From Balanoglossus misakiensis (Eukaryota; Animalia; Hemichordata): a DNA stretch of 64,000 nucleotides. Both the position numbers and the translations under genes were made by a program. The stretch's first letter is position 1, and each line of letters starts with the position of its first letter. The stretch covers positions 9,873,097 to 9,937,096 of the forward strand of contig CM082598.2 of assembly GCA_040954595.2 (NCBI GenBank), in the 5' to 3' direction. Shown piece after piece: positions 11,301-26,300 of the stretch. The notes beneath the pieces are model-generated. The model was not told the DNA's origin. It made no database searches and was given only the letters and a program-made list of their open reading frames with translations.

Positions 11301-14300
11301 TATTGCATTGAACTTTGGTAGCATGTTCCTTGTAGTGATTGAAGTAATATATTGTACAATTTTGGTGATATTTGCATATTTGTGTTTTTGCCACTTTTGA
11401 ACAAATATTTTCTGTGAAACTGCTTGTTGGATTGCTTTGAAATTTGTTTTTTTTCTCTGATTGCTTTGAAATTTAGGATATAATTTCATAACATGTACAT
11501 GTATATGCGCAATTTTTATTCAATTCTGATATCAGAAATATTCAATATTAAGCGAGTTTTTTTGTAAGTTTCTTTGTTTTTGGTTAGCAAATCTTTTCCT
11601 ACATGTAAACCAATTGTCCAGTTGTTTTGAAAGTTACTGTTTACATATGTACAAGGAGTTGTTACCCCCAACTTAGACATGTTTACATAACTTTAATAGG
11701 CCAGCTGTTACAGAGACCACTAGTTATTAAATTTTTAATTACCAGTGGCAGGTCAGTGTGTGTCTGTGTGTCTGTTCCAGGGCTGACTGAAAGAAGTTGC
11801 TTCTTATATGTGTACAGACAATTTTTGGTCAATTTTTTTTTCTAGCACCACTTGTAAGACTGCCATGACACATGACAATTTATTGGGCAAGTTCCTTGTT
11901 AATTTTTTTACATTCCATATTTCTATATGGTAAGATCATATCTGCTTACAGTGTCACCTGGAATTTTTATTCTGGTGTGTCTCTGTTTCCGCATAATCCT
12001 CAAATGGGACCACAGTGTCCTTGACGCTATTTTTTTGTCTGTTGGCTGATTGATGAAATTATTTGTGACTCTTCTTTTTATGTTTGTCACAGAATGGAAG
12101 ACAAGGGTGATGTTATCTCTATCAAGTTTTCATATGATATGAAAGTGCTAGCTGTACAGCGATCTCACAAAACAGTAGAATTTGTTAACTTTCTAGATGG
12201 CTGTGATGCTAAGGAATACTCACAAAGCTGTAAGGTATGTCCAACTAAACATCAGTATTGCATGTGGTAAATATGGAGTACTGTTACTTATATACTACTA
12301 TTCACTGAGCTCTAAACTGACAACATCTGATCACTCATGATTAGACTACATGTAAGTGTATCACTGTATGTAGGAATAAAGACTATGATTATACATCTGG
12401 CAACGAGAACAATAGAATTTTGCGTGCACTAAAAAAGCCGTACAGAACGGTAAATACAGAACACGTGTTAAATATGCCTACAGTTTCAAGGTGTCCAAAC
12501 TCACCGTGTACATGTATTTATTAATGCGGACAGCGCCAAACACCCCCACTAACGTAAAAAAAAGAAAAAAGAAACATGGCTGCTCACTGAGTACTGTGTT
12601 TCAGCTGAGCAGTTACGATCAATCATACCAGTGTTTTGAAAGCCAAGTAATAGGCACCACAAGATCTAACAGGGATGTAAGATGTATAATAATAAGGTTA
12701 TTACGAAAGTACCGCAAAGTATGCACTCAGACATGAGCGCAGTGCATGGCCCTCTGCTACGGGTTGGGTGCAAGCCTTAAAGCCGCCCGGCCGCGAACCA
12801 CATGATGTGGACTAAACCCAACCTGCATGACCCAGTCCATCAGGGCTACAATTATTGCAGCTACGGTTATGCAAAATACTGACTCTCTGTGCAAGTCATC
12901 GCATATGTTGCATGGCCCCCGCCACGTACAGCCACACAGAGTTAGTAACATGCCCTCTGGCAAATACATTTGCTAGTTTTTCGCAGCAATTTCATCATCA
13001 CTGTCAAGGTTATCATCAACCTCGAGAACATTTTCTTCTGGCAAATCATATTCTTGCTCATCCTCAATAATTTCTTCTATTTCACAATTTGTGATTTCAT
13101 TATCATCATTATTGGCTTCTTCTTCAATAATTTCATCAGTTTCTGTCTGCAGTTCCCTGCCCTTGTTGTTATTGTTCACACAGTTCAGGCAATTACAGCC
13201 TGGGCCACACATCATGCCCTTCTTTTTGCATTTACATGTATTATTCCTTCATCCTGTTTTCTTACATTTACACCCTTTTGTATAAAACATCACTCGCTCT
13301 TGAACCTTCTGCAAATTTTCCACAGAATCCCACAGTATATTTATTTTCCCATTTTCCACGTTGTATCCTGAGTTTTCATAAGGAGGAAGTGTAATGTGAT
13401 GTCGGTGAGCTTGTGACCACAGTTCAGAAATAAAATACGTTCTATACCAGTGATATTTTAGTGCAGTGTCATTTGGAATTATCTCTTGCTCAGTCTGCGT
13501 TCGTACTTGTATTGTGTCTCTTATTTTACTCAGCCACTTTGTGTGTAATTCCACCGGACTGTCTGATTGGTTATTTACTTTTATTGTTTTGTACAGAATC
13601 AAAGGGGCTTGATGATTCTGAAGAAAATTCACTGTAATGTTTTTGGTAATACTAGTACAGTGTACCAATAAATCCGAACATCTCTGGTAAAACATTAGCA
13701 AAGTGATAGCTATGTTAATATGAGACAAAAATATACATGATTTAGTCATACACAAGTCCAAAGAATCATGCGTGGATGCACCTCAGTGACATGATCACGA
13801 TCCGATGAGAGAGCAAACAATTAGCAGCGTGTGACCACCATATTGGATTTTGCTGGTGTCGACCACCCAAAACCTACTCAAATTCAATGGCCCGAAACTC
13901 CACTTTGGGAAGCTTGAGCCAAAACGAAACAATATCCGTTCAAAATATAAGATATAAAACTAATACAAAAAGCACACTTGAGACAATATTATGCTTGCAA
14001 ACGGAAACGACGCAGCGTTTATTTTACCACATTCGCTAGACGTAGCATACAAATGATATCAGATCAAACAGAAATACGATAAATTTTCCACTTTCAACTC
14101 GATCGGACGATAGGTTACGTCTATCAAACCTGAGGGACGCAGTTTGGTGGCACAATTCTTACCTTTTGGTGTAGAAAAAGACGATTTTCGGAGACTGAAA
14201 AAATACACGGTTCTTGAAGTAATGGTGGCACTGTTGCAATTCAAAGTAAAATCTCATTAACATATGCAAATTCACTACCCAGTTTCTCGACTGACTGTGC

Positions 14301-17300
14301 GTGTACGTATTTGCAGCAGTTCCTAACTGTGGCCTGTCGAGTAAGCTATAGGATGGGTAATATGAAGGTAGCATTGAGAGTAAGTGATTGAAGTCAATAA
14401 CAAATCATAGACACAAACTTATGCAATAAAAATTCATAGACACAAACTTATCTTCATCCAGCAATAACAGAAGGGGCCCAGGCGCTTGGGCCCCTTCTGT
14501 TATTGCTGGAGTTTTTCTTCTTTCTTCTTGAGTCGTTTTTTCGGCCGTACTTTTCTCTGAAACCCTTGCCTCTGTGCTTATGAAACTTGGCACCGTGGTT
14601 GGGCCCATGAGTACTGGTGCACCTGCCCTTTGAATTTGTAATTAGTCACGTGACTTGGTGGCTATAATCAAGCGAAATTTTCAAATTGACCTAATTTGCA
14701 CGTTAATGGGGGCATGTACATTCTTTTCGCGATTTTTGCAGACCATGTGGCCATTATCCCCTGTGCCAAATTTCAAGGTCCTAGGCCACGTCGATTTTGA
14801 GAAGAAGATTTTTGTAATATTTTTTGGTGGGCTGAGGACGAACACTGGGGCATCGGACTTTGACCGTCATTACGTAATGTTGTGGAGCTCTCATTAGCAG
14901 GGTACTCACTTCTGGCGGGTTGCAGTAGTCCTTGGAAAATCGGCTGAAATACGTAAACAGACCAGTGATTATTTTCCACGGAATGAATTTTGGGACAACA
15001 CATTATCGGAGTTCAGGCTGTGTTAGGGCGTTTTATTGAATTACGCTGAGTTTGTTAGCTGTTGCCGTTCAAATGTGTCTACGCAGACCCAGCTACACTG
15101 GTTAGCATTGCGGCAGCGGACTTTGACCCTCAGTCGCTAATGTTGTGGGAGGTTTCATTAGCATGGTAGTCACATGTAGTGGATAGTAGTTCGGGAAATT
15201 GGCCGAAATACGTAAGCAGACCAGTGATTTTCTTGCACGAAGGGAGTATGGTACCAGCAATAATCAGAGATCAGGCTTCGTTGCCGTTCAAAAGTTCCTA
15301 CTTCAGTCGTGACGTTGCAACTGGGCATTCAGTATGGGGGTCGGCCCGCAGATGGCCATGGGGGTTATCAGGTCGCCCGTAATGGCACGCAGCTACATGC
15401 AGCTGTATGGGACCAAAATAATACGGCCGATTCGGGGGTCACCTATGACTCCTGCGTAACTCAATAATTATGTGCATGTGTAATTGTGGGGTCAATGTTT
15501 CTTTCAAAGGCAATGCTCTACGTATATTGTATTTGTCGATGCGTGCAGACATAGACCCTGCAATGTCCACGATGCCATGCATGTCGACGTTTATGAACAA
15601 ACCGTAAGGCCTATACAAAGTTGTTCTAACTGCCGCTGATAATAATAAACGTACCGTTTTAAATCCTTCCTGCACGTTTTTTGGTACACGTATTTGGGTT
15701 TAATTTCCATTTATTGACGATCGCATAGTTATCAAATGAAAGCAACTAAAAAGGGCAGTTTTAATACATTTCAAGAGACGAAACATGCATAGAATAACTA
15801 TGGTATTGGCTTCCATTATACTACGGACGTACTACACCTGGAGAGCAGGACGATGCACCTGCGTTCTTTTCAACTCCATAAAAGGTGACAAAGTATTTTT
15901 GTAAGAAACGTGGTTCGAAAAGGTGACAACGAGGGAGAGACAACAAGGGAGGGTATTGTTATCAGCATTGTCTGAAACCTCACCAAGTGTAAGCCTTGAC
16001 AAACGGGACACATCGGAGATCAGAACTGCATGAACTTTCGTCCTCTGTAAAATTCAGTCGCTTGGTCGTAGAAGGGAATCTCTGGTTCAAAATTGTAGCC
16101 TACTACCCGAGAATATGTTGCCATGCTAACGTCGTCGGTCGCGTGAGTGCAGGCGTGTATAAGCATAAGCTCGCTCCAACGCGTCGGCAGCGGACAACGG
16201 TACTACAAGTTGCTGACGTCACTCACTTCCGGGTTCGCGCAGTTTTTGGCTGGCTGTAGCTCTGTTATGCGTAAGTGAAAGTGAATGAAACCAACGTTTT
16301 TCATAGTACTTTTTAATCGCATTTCGCAGAATTGGCTCAAAAACGGATCACAACATTCCACTTTAATGTTTATTGTTTTGAGTTCAGCGTTGGAAAGCGT
16401 TGCACTTTGTCATGCGGGTGGACAATGTGGAAGTTCAACATCCATTTCATTTCATAGCGTCGGTACTCAGTTCATTATCGGTCACAACTCAACTGTTTAA
16501 CATGAACTACCACTTTTATTTTTGAAATTGGTTTGAGTGATCATAGGAACAAAAGTTCATTAATTTGTAATTTTCTTGTTCAATGTTTGAAGGTTTATTA
16601 AAAAAAGACATGAAACTTTAAAAATAAATTGTGTGTGAAGTCTGATTGACTTGTGTGTACGTGTGCAGTGAAGCGATGCATTGCAGAGACAATATGCATA
16701 CACTCCCTTTATATTTAGAATTCAATTTGCTACAATGTTTTAGTTCTGTACTGGCCAGCGATAAAGTAAGTTGTCAAACCCAGGAATCAAAATCAGACAC
16801 TCAATTAATTTTCCCTGTAGCTCGTCATAACACTCAACTGGGCGTATTCAGTTGACATTTGGTTTTGTCACTGTGTGTATTCTTCGACAGATTTTATCCG
16901 TTGGATAAGTTCCTTAGAAATATCTATATGCCAGGTAATTGAACTAACAAAGTACATTAAATATTGATTTACAGGGGAAGACAACAAGAATAATAGGATT
17001 CAATTGGACCAACATTAATGAAATAGTTTTTATAACTGATCACGGCATTGAATTTTACCAGGTATGTGTTTTTCTCACATAAGTAAAAGAGGCTTGATAG
17101 ATTGGGTCGATACTTCTATTGTTGGTTGTTTTTTTTAACCCTACCGTTGCCAAGTGGGTTGAAACTGGTTTGATTTCCAGGGTGCCTAGAATCCTGCACC
17201 CAGGCCTGTTAATAGGCTGCCAAGTGCGTGTTACACTGTAGATCCTATACAAGACCCTCAAGCCAAACCAGTACGATTTAGTAAATTTTACAGGGGGTTC

Positions 17301-20300
17301 AAACTGCCAACTTTAGTGTGTATAAGTACATGACATATAGTGGAGCGGCCAAACCCCAATTTTCATAGCGATTGTGCATTTTGTGATAAAAGCACCAAAC
17401 TTGGCTCAGATGTGTGTTACTGTGTACTAAGCAAATTCAAATAGCGAGCCACTAAATATCTGTTAACGGGTAGCCATGGCAACCATTTTTCAAAATGGCC
17501 GCCACTACATTAATCTTTCCCACAAAATAACGACTAAAGAACACCAAGGTAATTTCAGATTATGATATTTGAAACCAGAAACTATAGAAAGGGTGATTTG
17601 CAAAGTATTTGTGGTCACCGAAATAGTTATAAATACAGAATAAAGGATAAAACACAGTTCAATGTCTACAGTGGAGCGGCATAACAGATCGATTGTGCAT
17701 TTTGTGATAAAAGCACCAAACTTGGCTCAGATGTGCGTTAATGTGTACTAAACAAATTCAGATAGCGAGCCACAATATCTGTTGATGAGTTTCCATGGCA
17801 ACCATTTTTTTTCCATTTTTTCAAAATGGTCGCCAATAAAAATAATCTCACCCACAAATTAACAATTAAAAAACACCAACATAAATTCATATTACAATAT
17901 ATGAAACAAGAAACTGCTCAAAGAGTAATTTTCAAAATATTTATCATCACTAAACCAGTTATACGGGTAAATACAGGATCGGGATTCAGTCGCTAAAGAA
18001 ATTCAAGTTTGGTAATAACCCCGGTTACAACAAACTTAGTTAAAACACTGTATAACCATAGATATATTATAATAGTGGCCTGGCATAAACAAAATTTTCT
18101 TAACATTTGGGCATTTTGTGATAAAAGTTTAACAAGTAAAGCTCAGTTGATTCGTTATTTTCCCCATAAAAATATCTTTGATGAACAAAATTCCAAATTA
18201 AGTCAACCTAGAAAAAAATGGCATCTTGTTTCTCAACCTTATAAAATGATCTGACCAGTTTGAATCAGTGCAGAATCTAGCTTTTCTATTTTATCTTCAT
18301 CAAATGATTCATGCAAATAAAGAATCACTTCCCCATAAAATGGTGGCAGAAAGCCAGTATCATAACAGTCAATTGGTTTGTTAAAGTTACTATAGAAACT
18401 AACTATGTCTAGGTTGCATGTACATAGATAGATGTTAGGAATCAATATCAAAATCTGTTTCAAACTTTTCATCCAATACTTGTCCTTCGGAAAGCGTTTT
18501 GATGAAGTCGCTTGAAGTGCTTCGTATTGCTCATGTTATCGATAATTTTAATCGCACCTTGATGATAGTCAGCAGTTCTATTTTGACATGTTATTTTGTG
18601 TATTTTTGAACCCCCAAAATCAAAGAATAAAATGATAATGTGAAAATAAGCTTCAAAACACCAAAACTGTTCAGGATCACAGCTTTTCTGTAAAGAGTAA
18701 GATTTCGCTTACTTCATGCTATTAAATGAAATGAAGTTTTCCGTAATATCTCTTGCAAAGTCAGATCTTTACACATTGAGATATTAGAATGGAAGTACAT
18801 TCCAAGTGACTTGTTGGGAGCATTGGGCCACCTAATCCCAGAAAATTGCAATAAGACCTGTTTTTCCATTTACCAATCTAAAGGCCAACTGCTTGTATAT
18901 TTAGTTGGGTTACTATAATTAATACACATTTTTGACAATATTTATGGCATGATGAACACTATTCTCGACAAATAAAATAATGTTGTGTCCTCCGGTGTAA
19001 TTTTTATGAGTTTGGAATCATAGACACCATTTATCTTTTGGTCAACTCTGTTAACAGTCGCCAAAATTGCTGGAGTGGAACTGATACATGATCTAAAGTA
19101 TCAAGACATATGGTCGATTATTAACGTTTCAGCAATTCGACTTAAGTTTCTTTAATTTCCTATGGCATTTTGGCAAACATCAACGCCCCGAAAAAAACGT
19201 TTTCAATGCTGCGGTTGCGATTGTGTTCTAAACAAAGCCGACATTTTCGCAAGGTTCGTTACCCGGGGTCCATTTAGGGACCGTTCAGTTTTTACGGCAG
19301 GGGGGTGGCCGGCAAGTTTTTGTCATCGGTTCTCAAAATCAGGCCGACCCCCCTTCACCCAAGACCAAAAAATGATGACCCCCCCCCCCCCTTGAAAGAC
19401 CCAAAAATATGATGACCCCCCCCCCCACGCCCAAAACATTCGCCGTCCTGATCCTATGTACACTGTATGCAATAAAGGGAATGAGGCTCCTCACACCTCA
19501 ATTATATATTTCTTAAAGTATTATTAAAGTATATAATAGTATATCGTTGCAATAAAGAAGTCTATGAACAAATTAAAATGACAAGTCAATACAATAGTTG
19601 CTAGAATCGGTAAAACAAGAAAAGTGGCGGGGGTGGGCGTAAGAAAATTTTGTAAAATACGGTGCTCAAAGTTGCAATTTAATGAACTCAAAAGCAAATA
19701 AACTCAAATTAGGGAGGACAAATTTTAATTTTGCCACTCCACTAAAAGTAAGCATCGGGGTGGGGTGGCAAGAAGTCTTCCCTGGTACACAAGACAAACC
19801 AGTGAAGAAATGCAATGTGGTGAAGAATGGAGGGGGTGGGTGTGGGGGTGTCCCCCTCCCACATAAGAAAATTTTGTAAAATATGTAGCGCAAAGTTGCA
19901 TTTTAATGAACTCAAAAGCAAATTATCTCAATGTTTGGGAGGACCAATTTTACTTTTTGCCACTCCACTCAAAGTTAGAATATTTGGCGTCATCTTGTCA
20001 TGACATCATTTATAAAACTTCTAGTTTGTAGAAGATGCAGCGCGAAACTATCAGTTATGCACAATTATTCTCCTTTATGTATTCACTTTGTTAAATATTA
20101 TCATTGGTGGGGTTGGTGTGGCGAGCACTCTGCCCTGGTACACTAGACAAACCAGCAAAAAATGAAATGTGGCGGAGAATGAATGGGGTGGGTGTGGGAG
20201 GGGGTGTCCCCCTCCCACATTAGAAAATTTTGTAAAATAAAGGGTGCGAAACTGCAATTTTGTGGACTCAAAAGCAAAAGTTCGGTGGCAAAAGTATGTG

Positions 20301-23300
20301 AACGGTCCCTTAGATTGCATTGCGTTTGAGGCCCTATGTGTATGTCTGTCGACCAACAAACGCGACGACCGCGAGGTCAGTTTGGGTCAACGTCTATTAT
20401 AGCTGTAAAAACTGTGTGTGAACATGTGGAAGTGTCAACTAGGCTGACGCAATGTGCGAATTTGCCTTGGCCTGGATACTGGTCAGCTCTGAATCCCCCT
20501 CCCTACTGGGACCAAACTAAGTCGCCCCTTGGATGTCGCAGCCTGTCCATATTGGGTATTTTACACTGACCCAGGCCCAGCACCCTGCTTTACTACTGTA
20601 AACTGTCTAGTATGAACCCTCTTTGTGTCTGTAGCTATGATTTGTTTAAGTGATTAGGTTTGACCATAAACCTGGTGTTCAGAAACCCAACCACTGTTAT
20701 ACCAACCAACTACATTATGTTTTAAAACTTATTAAGTGTTTATTTTGTTTTTATATGATAACCTCTTTTTCAGATTGTTCCTGAAAAGAAAACTCTGAAG
20801 TCTGTGAAGACAACAAGTGTTAGTGTGAATTGGTTTGTGTTTTTGGTAAGTTACTTTTTTAGCCTATGAACCCTTTTAAAAGTTTCAAGAAGAATTCACT
20901 TTCTGGCTGCATTGACACATGAACTATTGTATTGGCTACTTCTCTGAAACCGATGGTTACGTTGTTGTTTTTAGGTCCCATTTGTGAAGGTATATACCAG
21001 TGGGACCTTATGGGATCAGTTGCGTCTGTATGGATGTATGGATGGATGTATGTCTGTATGTCTGTCCACATCAAAAACTTGAAAACTGCTGCGCGTATAA
21101 CCTCGATATTTGGTGTGTAGTTTTTTTTCTGTATAAAACTGCTTGAAAGATTGCTTTGACATTTGGTAGGCATGTTCCTTGGGGTACCCCAAGTAAGATT
21201 TGCATGTATGTTTTTCAAATCAACTTGAAGAATTCAATAGTATATTTTTGGGGTGATTTTTGACATTTTAGGTCAAAACTCTTTCTCAGAACCCTCTGCC
21301 CCATTGCTTTGAAATTTGACTTGAAAGTTTCTGGGTGAGTTGCCATGATGATTTACAAAACCTATGATGAAAGTGTCAATGTTATGTGTGGGCAATATAT
21401 TGTATTTTGGGGGCATATTTTCAAATTTTGATAAAAAAATTATATTTCTCAGAAAGTGTATGGCTGATTACTTTAACATTTGAGTTGTAAGTTTATGGAT
21501 TGGCTTCTTTAGAATTGTAATGGAATCAAATCATAGGTAATTCGGAGCTTTAACCCTTAAAGTGCTTTAAAATTCTAAGGTACATGACCCCCCAGGCCCA
21601 GGACTTTTTGCTAGTAACAACAAAATCTTGATGTCCCAACATATTATGCTCTAACTTCACAGAATTTCAAACAAAAGTCAAAGGAATGACATTTTAAGAT
21701 ACAAAGATATAAATATAAGTATGTAGACACACTGTCGAAAACACGGTCGCGCGCGTTCGACTGACCGGGACCGTGCGCATACATCGCGTCCACAGCTCAA
21801 TGCAGTTGGCTGGGTCCCGCGATCGCGCGCGCGCGACCACCCACTCTCGACATCGGCTCCAAAGTCGTTGTCACGGTCGGGATTACTAATGGCCTTGATC
21901 GGTATAAAATTGTAGTCAATGAAACCCCCAAAAATCGTAATCATTGTTGAAGTCGCTGTCATGAAAATGTCCAGTGAAAAATTTGCTGTCTTCCGGGTTT
22001 ACAAAGTGAAGGAAGGACGCATACTGTCAAAGGTCACGTAATTAGGTCATGTCGATAACACGATCGTTTTTCTCTGGAACGTTCGACGCGACTGACATCA
22101 TTTCCCGCCCAGAATAAATTAATTTATAATGAGTTTCATTCATCTACGACCCGAGTACGTCATTATTTTTACCATATATGGCACGAACTACAGATAAGCC
22201 TCGCCTATTTTCATGTGATTGACAACTGTACGTTGTCGGTGTATACACCGACATGGCCAGACAATGCGGAAGTACCTGTCGGTCTATACACCGACGCGGC
22301 GCTTTGAGGGTTAATATTTTGTAGGATATTTTGTCTTATACCACAAACATTTTCATCTCAAGAAGAGCAATTATTTGTAAATTCTTTGTAATAAAAGAGG
22401 CAGCAAACACAGCAAAATCCTGCATGATTACATAACTGGCCAACTTTTAAAGAGACCAGCCCATGTCATTGGCAGCTAATGGGTCAGTCAGTGTGTGCCT
22501 GTTGATCTCTCTCTGTGTGTGTCTGTCTGTCTGTCTGTCTGTCTGTGTATGTACTCCCCTGGAGACTTTTTTCTTGCGTAATCACTAAATGGTACCACCG
22601 TGTCCTTGACTCGGTTTTTCAAAATTGCACGTGTCTAGTTGTTTTAAACTTTGGTGTGAAGCTCTTGATGTGATCTGAGTCTAATTTGTTGAAAGTGTTA
22701 TGAAGTTTGCATTATAATGTCAATTATCTGACACATAGGGGCTGTAGCGTTGAAACCCATCTCTCATGCATTCCAGTGTTATCTATTTATTTATGAAGAG
22801 TGAAAGAAAAATATGAATACTAGTACAAGTATAAAAGAATAAAGGAAAATGGAACATTGAATTGTGAATAAAATTTAAAGCTGCAAGCAGCATTGAAGGG
22901 ACCCAAGCAAATAGAGATACTCACGACTAATTCATTGCATCAAATGTCAATGCTGTTACTGCTGTGGATGCTGAGATATGGGAAAGTTGGTCAAAGGTCA
23001 CCTGAGGTCACCCAAAATTTGGGATAAAAATGTTGACTCCATAGTGGTCCATGTGCAACAAAAAAACAGACTTCTAGCCCTTTAGTTAACCTGGATTTAG
23101 GTATGTACATAATTAATGAGTTAAGCAGGTGTCACGACAAAAGTTTTTTTTCGTGATACTAATAGTAGAAAGGTTTGCATTTTACGTCGATTTGATCAAC
23201 TCATGTTTTTTACAGACATGACCTCGAAAAGTGAGTAGTCAATTGCACATCTATCATCTCGTGAACACATTCCAGTTTACAGAAGGCAGATAAGGAGATG

Positions 23301-26300
23301 GCAGGGCAATTAGAAGTGTTTACTACTTTATAGAATCAACACGGATGGAGATTACGTAAACATGCGCCCGATTAACGCGTCGTTTTACGCAAGCGTTTGA
23401 TTGACAACGCGTTTGTGGGCTTGACTCTCCACCCTCGACGTCAAATACTGCTGAAAGTTAGATTTTTAGAAAATTCGATCAAATTCTCGCTGAGTTGTAT
23501 TGAATCAGAGTTTTTTCCCGCCAGGGACACTTTATAAACCAAAAAATGCCAGAATTCCACAATAAGATGTGGACATAGGCAAATTGGTTGGTCCAAAGGC
23601 CATGAAAAATATGGAAAAATAGTAGAAAAATTATCTTCTCAAAATCAACATGGCCTAGGACCTTGACATTTGGCATACAGGTTCTTGGTCATATGGCCTA
23701 CAAAGTTTGAGAAAAGAATGTTAATGCTGCCATTCATATATGCAAATTAGGTCACTAATTAAACATGCAAAGGTTCCATGCACTAGTACTCATTGGCCCC
23801 AACGTCTGTGCCAAGTTTCTGAAGCGCAGGTGCAGCAGTTTTTGAGATCTAGGTGAACAAAAAAACGACTCAAGAATAAAGAAGAAAAATCTTAGCAATT
23901 ACAATAGGGACCCAATCCTGCAGGGTGCGTGGGTCTCTAATGACTACACTTAAACCACAGAATGCAACATAATAAACGAAAACATTTTACACACACTAGA
24001 TAATATGCATATAAAAACCAACCAGACGTAATAAAAACGCACATTTAGCAATCAATACACACCATAAACACATGGTTCTGAGTTGTTAAAAAAATACTAT
24101 ATTGTTGGAAGTGCAGAGGTGTGATAGGATGCGTTGTCATATTGGTATGATTAACATGTCAGGCTGCAACCTGAACCAGTCAAATTGAGAGTAGAAAAGA
24201 TCTGTGGACATAGTTTATGTTCGGATAACGGAAATCCATTCGTCCACCCACCCAATCACCCACCCACACCAACTATAACACATCCATCAATCCATCCATC
24301 CATCCATCGTGTAAGTTGTAACATGCATGTTATTTGTTTGATTCCAGCCAGAGAGCTCATTACTGCTACTGTCCTCAACAGTAATGGGTAATGTACTTCA
24401 TCCGTTCTATTTTAAGGTAAGCTGGTATTACAATTCACTTCCTTTTTGTAATTATGGTTTAGAAGATAGCTATTAATGTTTTAGTGTCTCTGTCTGCTGA
24501 TACATATCTATATGTATGCATAGTCCATGGGCCAGAGACCGAAAACCTCCCTGAGGAGTTTTGCAGACATATATTTTTGGAAAGCCTATTTATCCTGCTG
24601 TCAGAATCAGGTTGGTTGCACTCATATTAATGGTGGGTGTGGCCGTGAGGAGCTGTTGTCATGGTAATGATAGCATAATTTTAGGGGTACTCATTCAGTT
24701 AAAAAATGACATATTTCAGGATCTGAGAAAGCTAGAGGAAAAATTTAAACATCAAGTCTTATGAAGTAGGGTACAGGCTATCCAATGATTACATGACCGA
24801 CAAGGTCAGAGGTCAAGTTCATCTTCAAAACTTGGGGTCAAAGTAAAAAGTTCGCTATTTTTTGCTTATTTTTTGCGATCATACATAGTTTTGATTTACT
24901 GGAAAACGGTTTGCTCGAAGAGGCTGTAAATTGGTCATCAGGGAGCAAGGAATATTAAATAAGGAAAATAGGCAGATTTTCATCTTTGGTAATAATTTAT
25001 ATTAAAATTCTGTAACCATAACGACGGATAGAAGATTTTGCGAAATTCCCCAAAATAAGAAACTTGCTACATCTTTGCTACCAATTAAGCTTTAGATGAA
25101 ATTTAAACACTCAAACTTATAATGTCGGGTGCGAGCTTTTGATTGCTAACTTGAACTTTGGGGTTCAAGGTCATGGTCATCCTCAAATTTCAGGTCAAAC
25201 TGACAAAATGGGCATTATGGACTTTTGTTCAAAATGACACAATGACGGCGAGCATTTACTAAACACTGTTTGGGTCTAGAATGCTATAATTTGATCTCCA
25301 GATAGAGATGTGTATTGTTTACGCAGATTTTAATTTGTTTTGCTGTTTACATATATTTAAACCCCCACCGCTCGGTAGGGCCCTACCGAGCAAAATCAAT
25401 AAAATGTGGGCGTGGCTTAAGCTCTGACGCCACTATATATTGTTACAACAATTGACCTCAAATGGGCATCCCACGCCCGCCAAAAGCAAACACCGAGCCA
25501 GCTAGTTCTTACGTACCCGCGGAACGTGTTGTCAGCTGAATCTATCGTGTCGACACGAATTATCAAGATAGCGGTCACTGAAGAGCAGGAGAAAGCACTG
25601 GCAATTTTCTCTGCCAAGCTTTCGGCCATCGACCGGCGGGGGCACATAAGTTCACCTGCTGCGACCGCGGGGGTTAGTACCATGCGTGGTATCGGCTACC
25701 GGCGAGTTTGATGCGGGGGACACTGCCGGTTTATCGGAAGCAGCAGCCGTCGAAGTAAACACCGTGTCCATGAGCACATCGGCTTCAGGAGATTCGGACA
25801 ACTGTGAATTTTGTTTTTGTTCGCCATGTGTTACCACACATAGGCAGTCTTGGCTAGTCCGTGGTCTCTACCCGAATTTATCCGCTGTGTCTTACGTTGG
25901 GCATAAATGGCACTGATGAGGCTTTCCCCTCTTCACTTTGTACGGTTGGTACACAAATACAAACGGTCCGTTTCAGGACCAACACAATTTCCAAGAAGAG
26001 AACTACCGAATTTATGGACGTGTGCATGTTCATGTGTGATAAATTTGGTATGATCATATCCCTATTTTCAGGTCACGCACACTTTGCAATCAACGCCACA
26101 ATGTATCAATGGTGCCCAATTTTGATTTGCATAATACGTCAATCACGCAAATTCAAACTGAAAATCGTACCGATATACCGGTCATATCTCGGGGACAAAA
26201 TGATTTCATCTTCGGTTTTCGAAAGTATTTTCAAATTGTATTGCACCAGAAACTGCGGATGTCGTGCTAAATAAACTCATGCACTCCTTTATGAATTTAG

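Noticed and set aside
17336-17960. Two diverged ~330-bp direct repeats beginning agtggagcggc
   Set aside because: Probably subterminal repeats of a DNA transposon, but no matching opposite end or TSD could be identified
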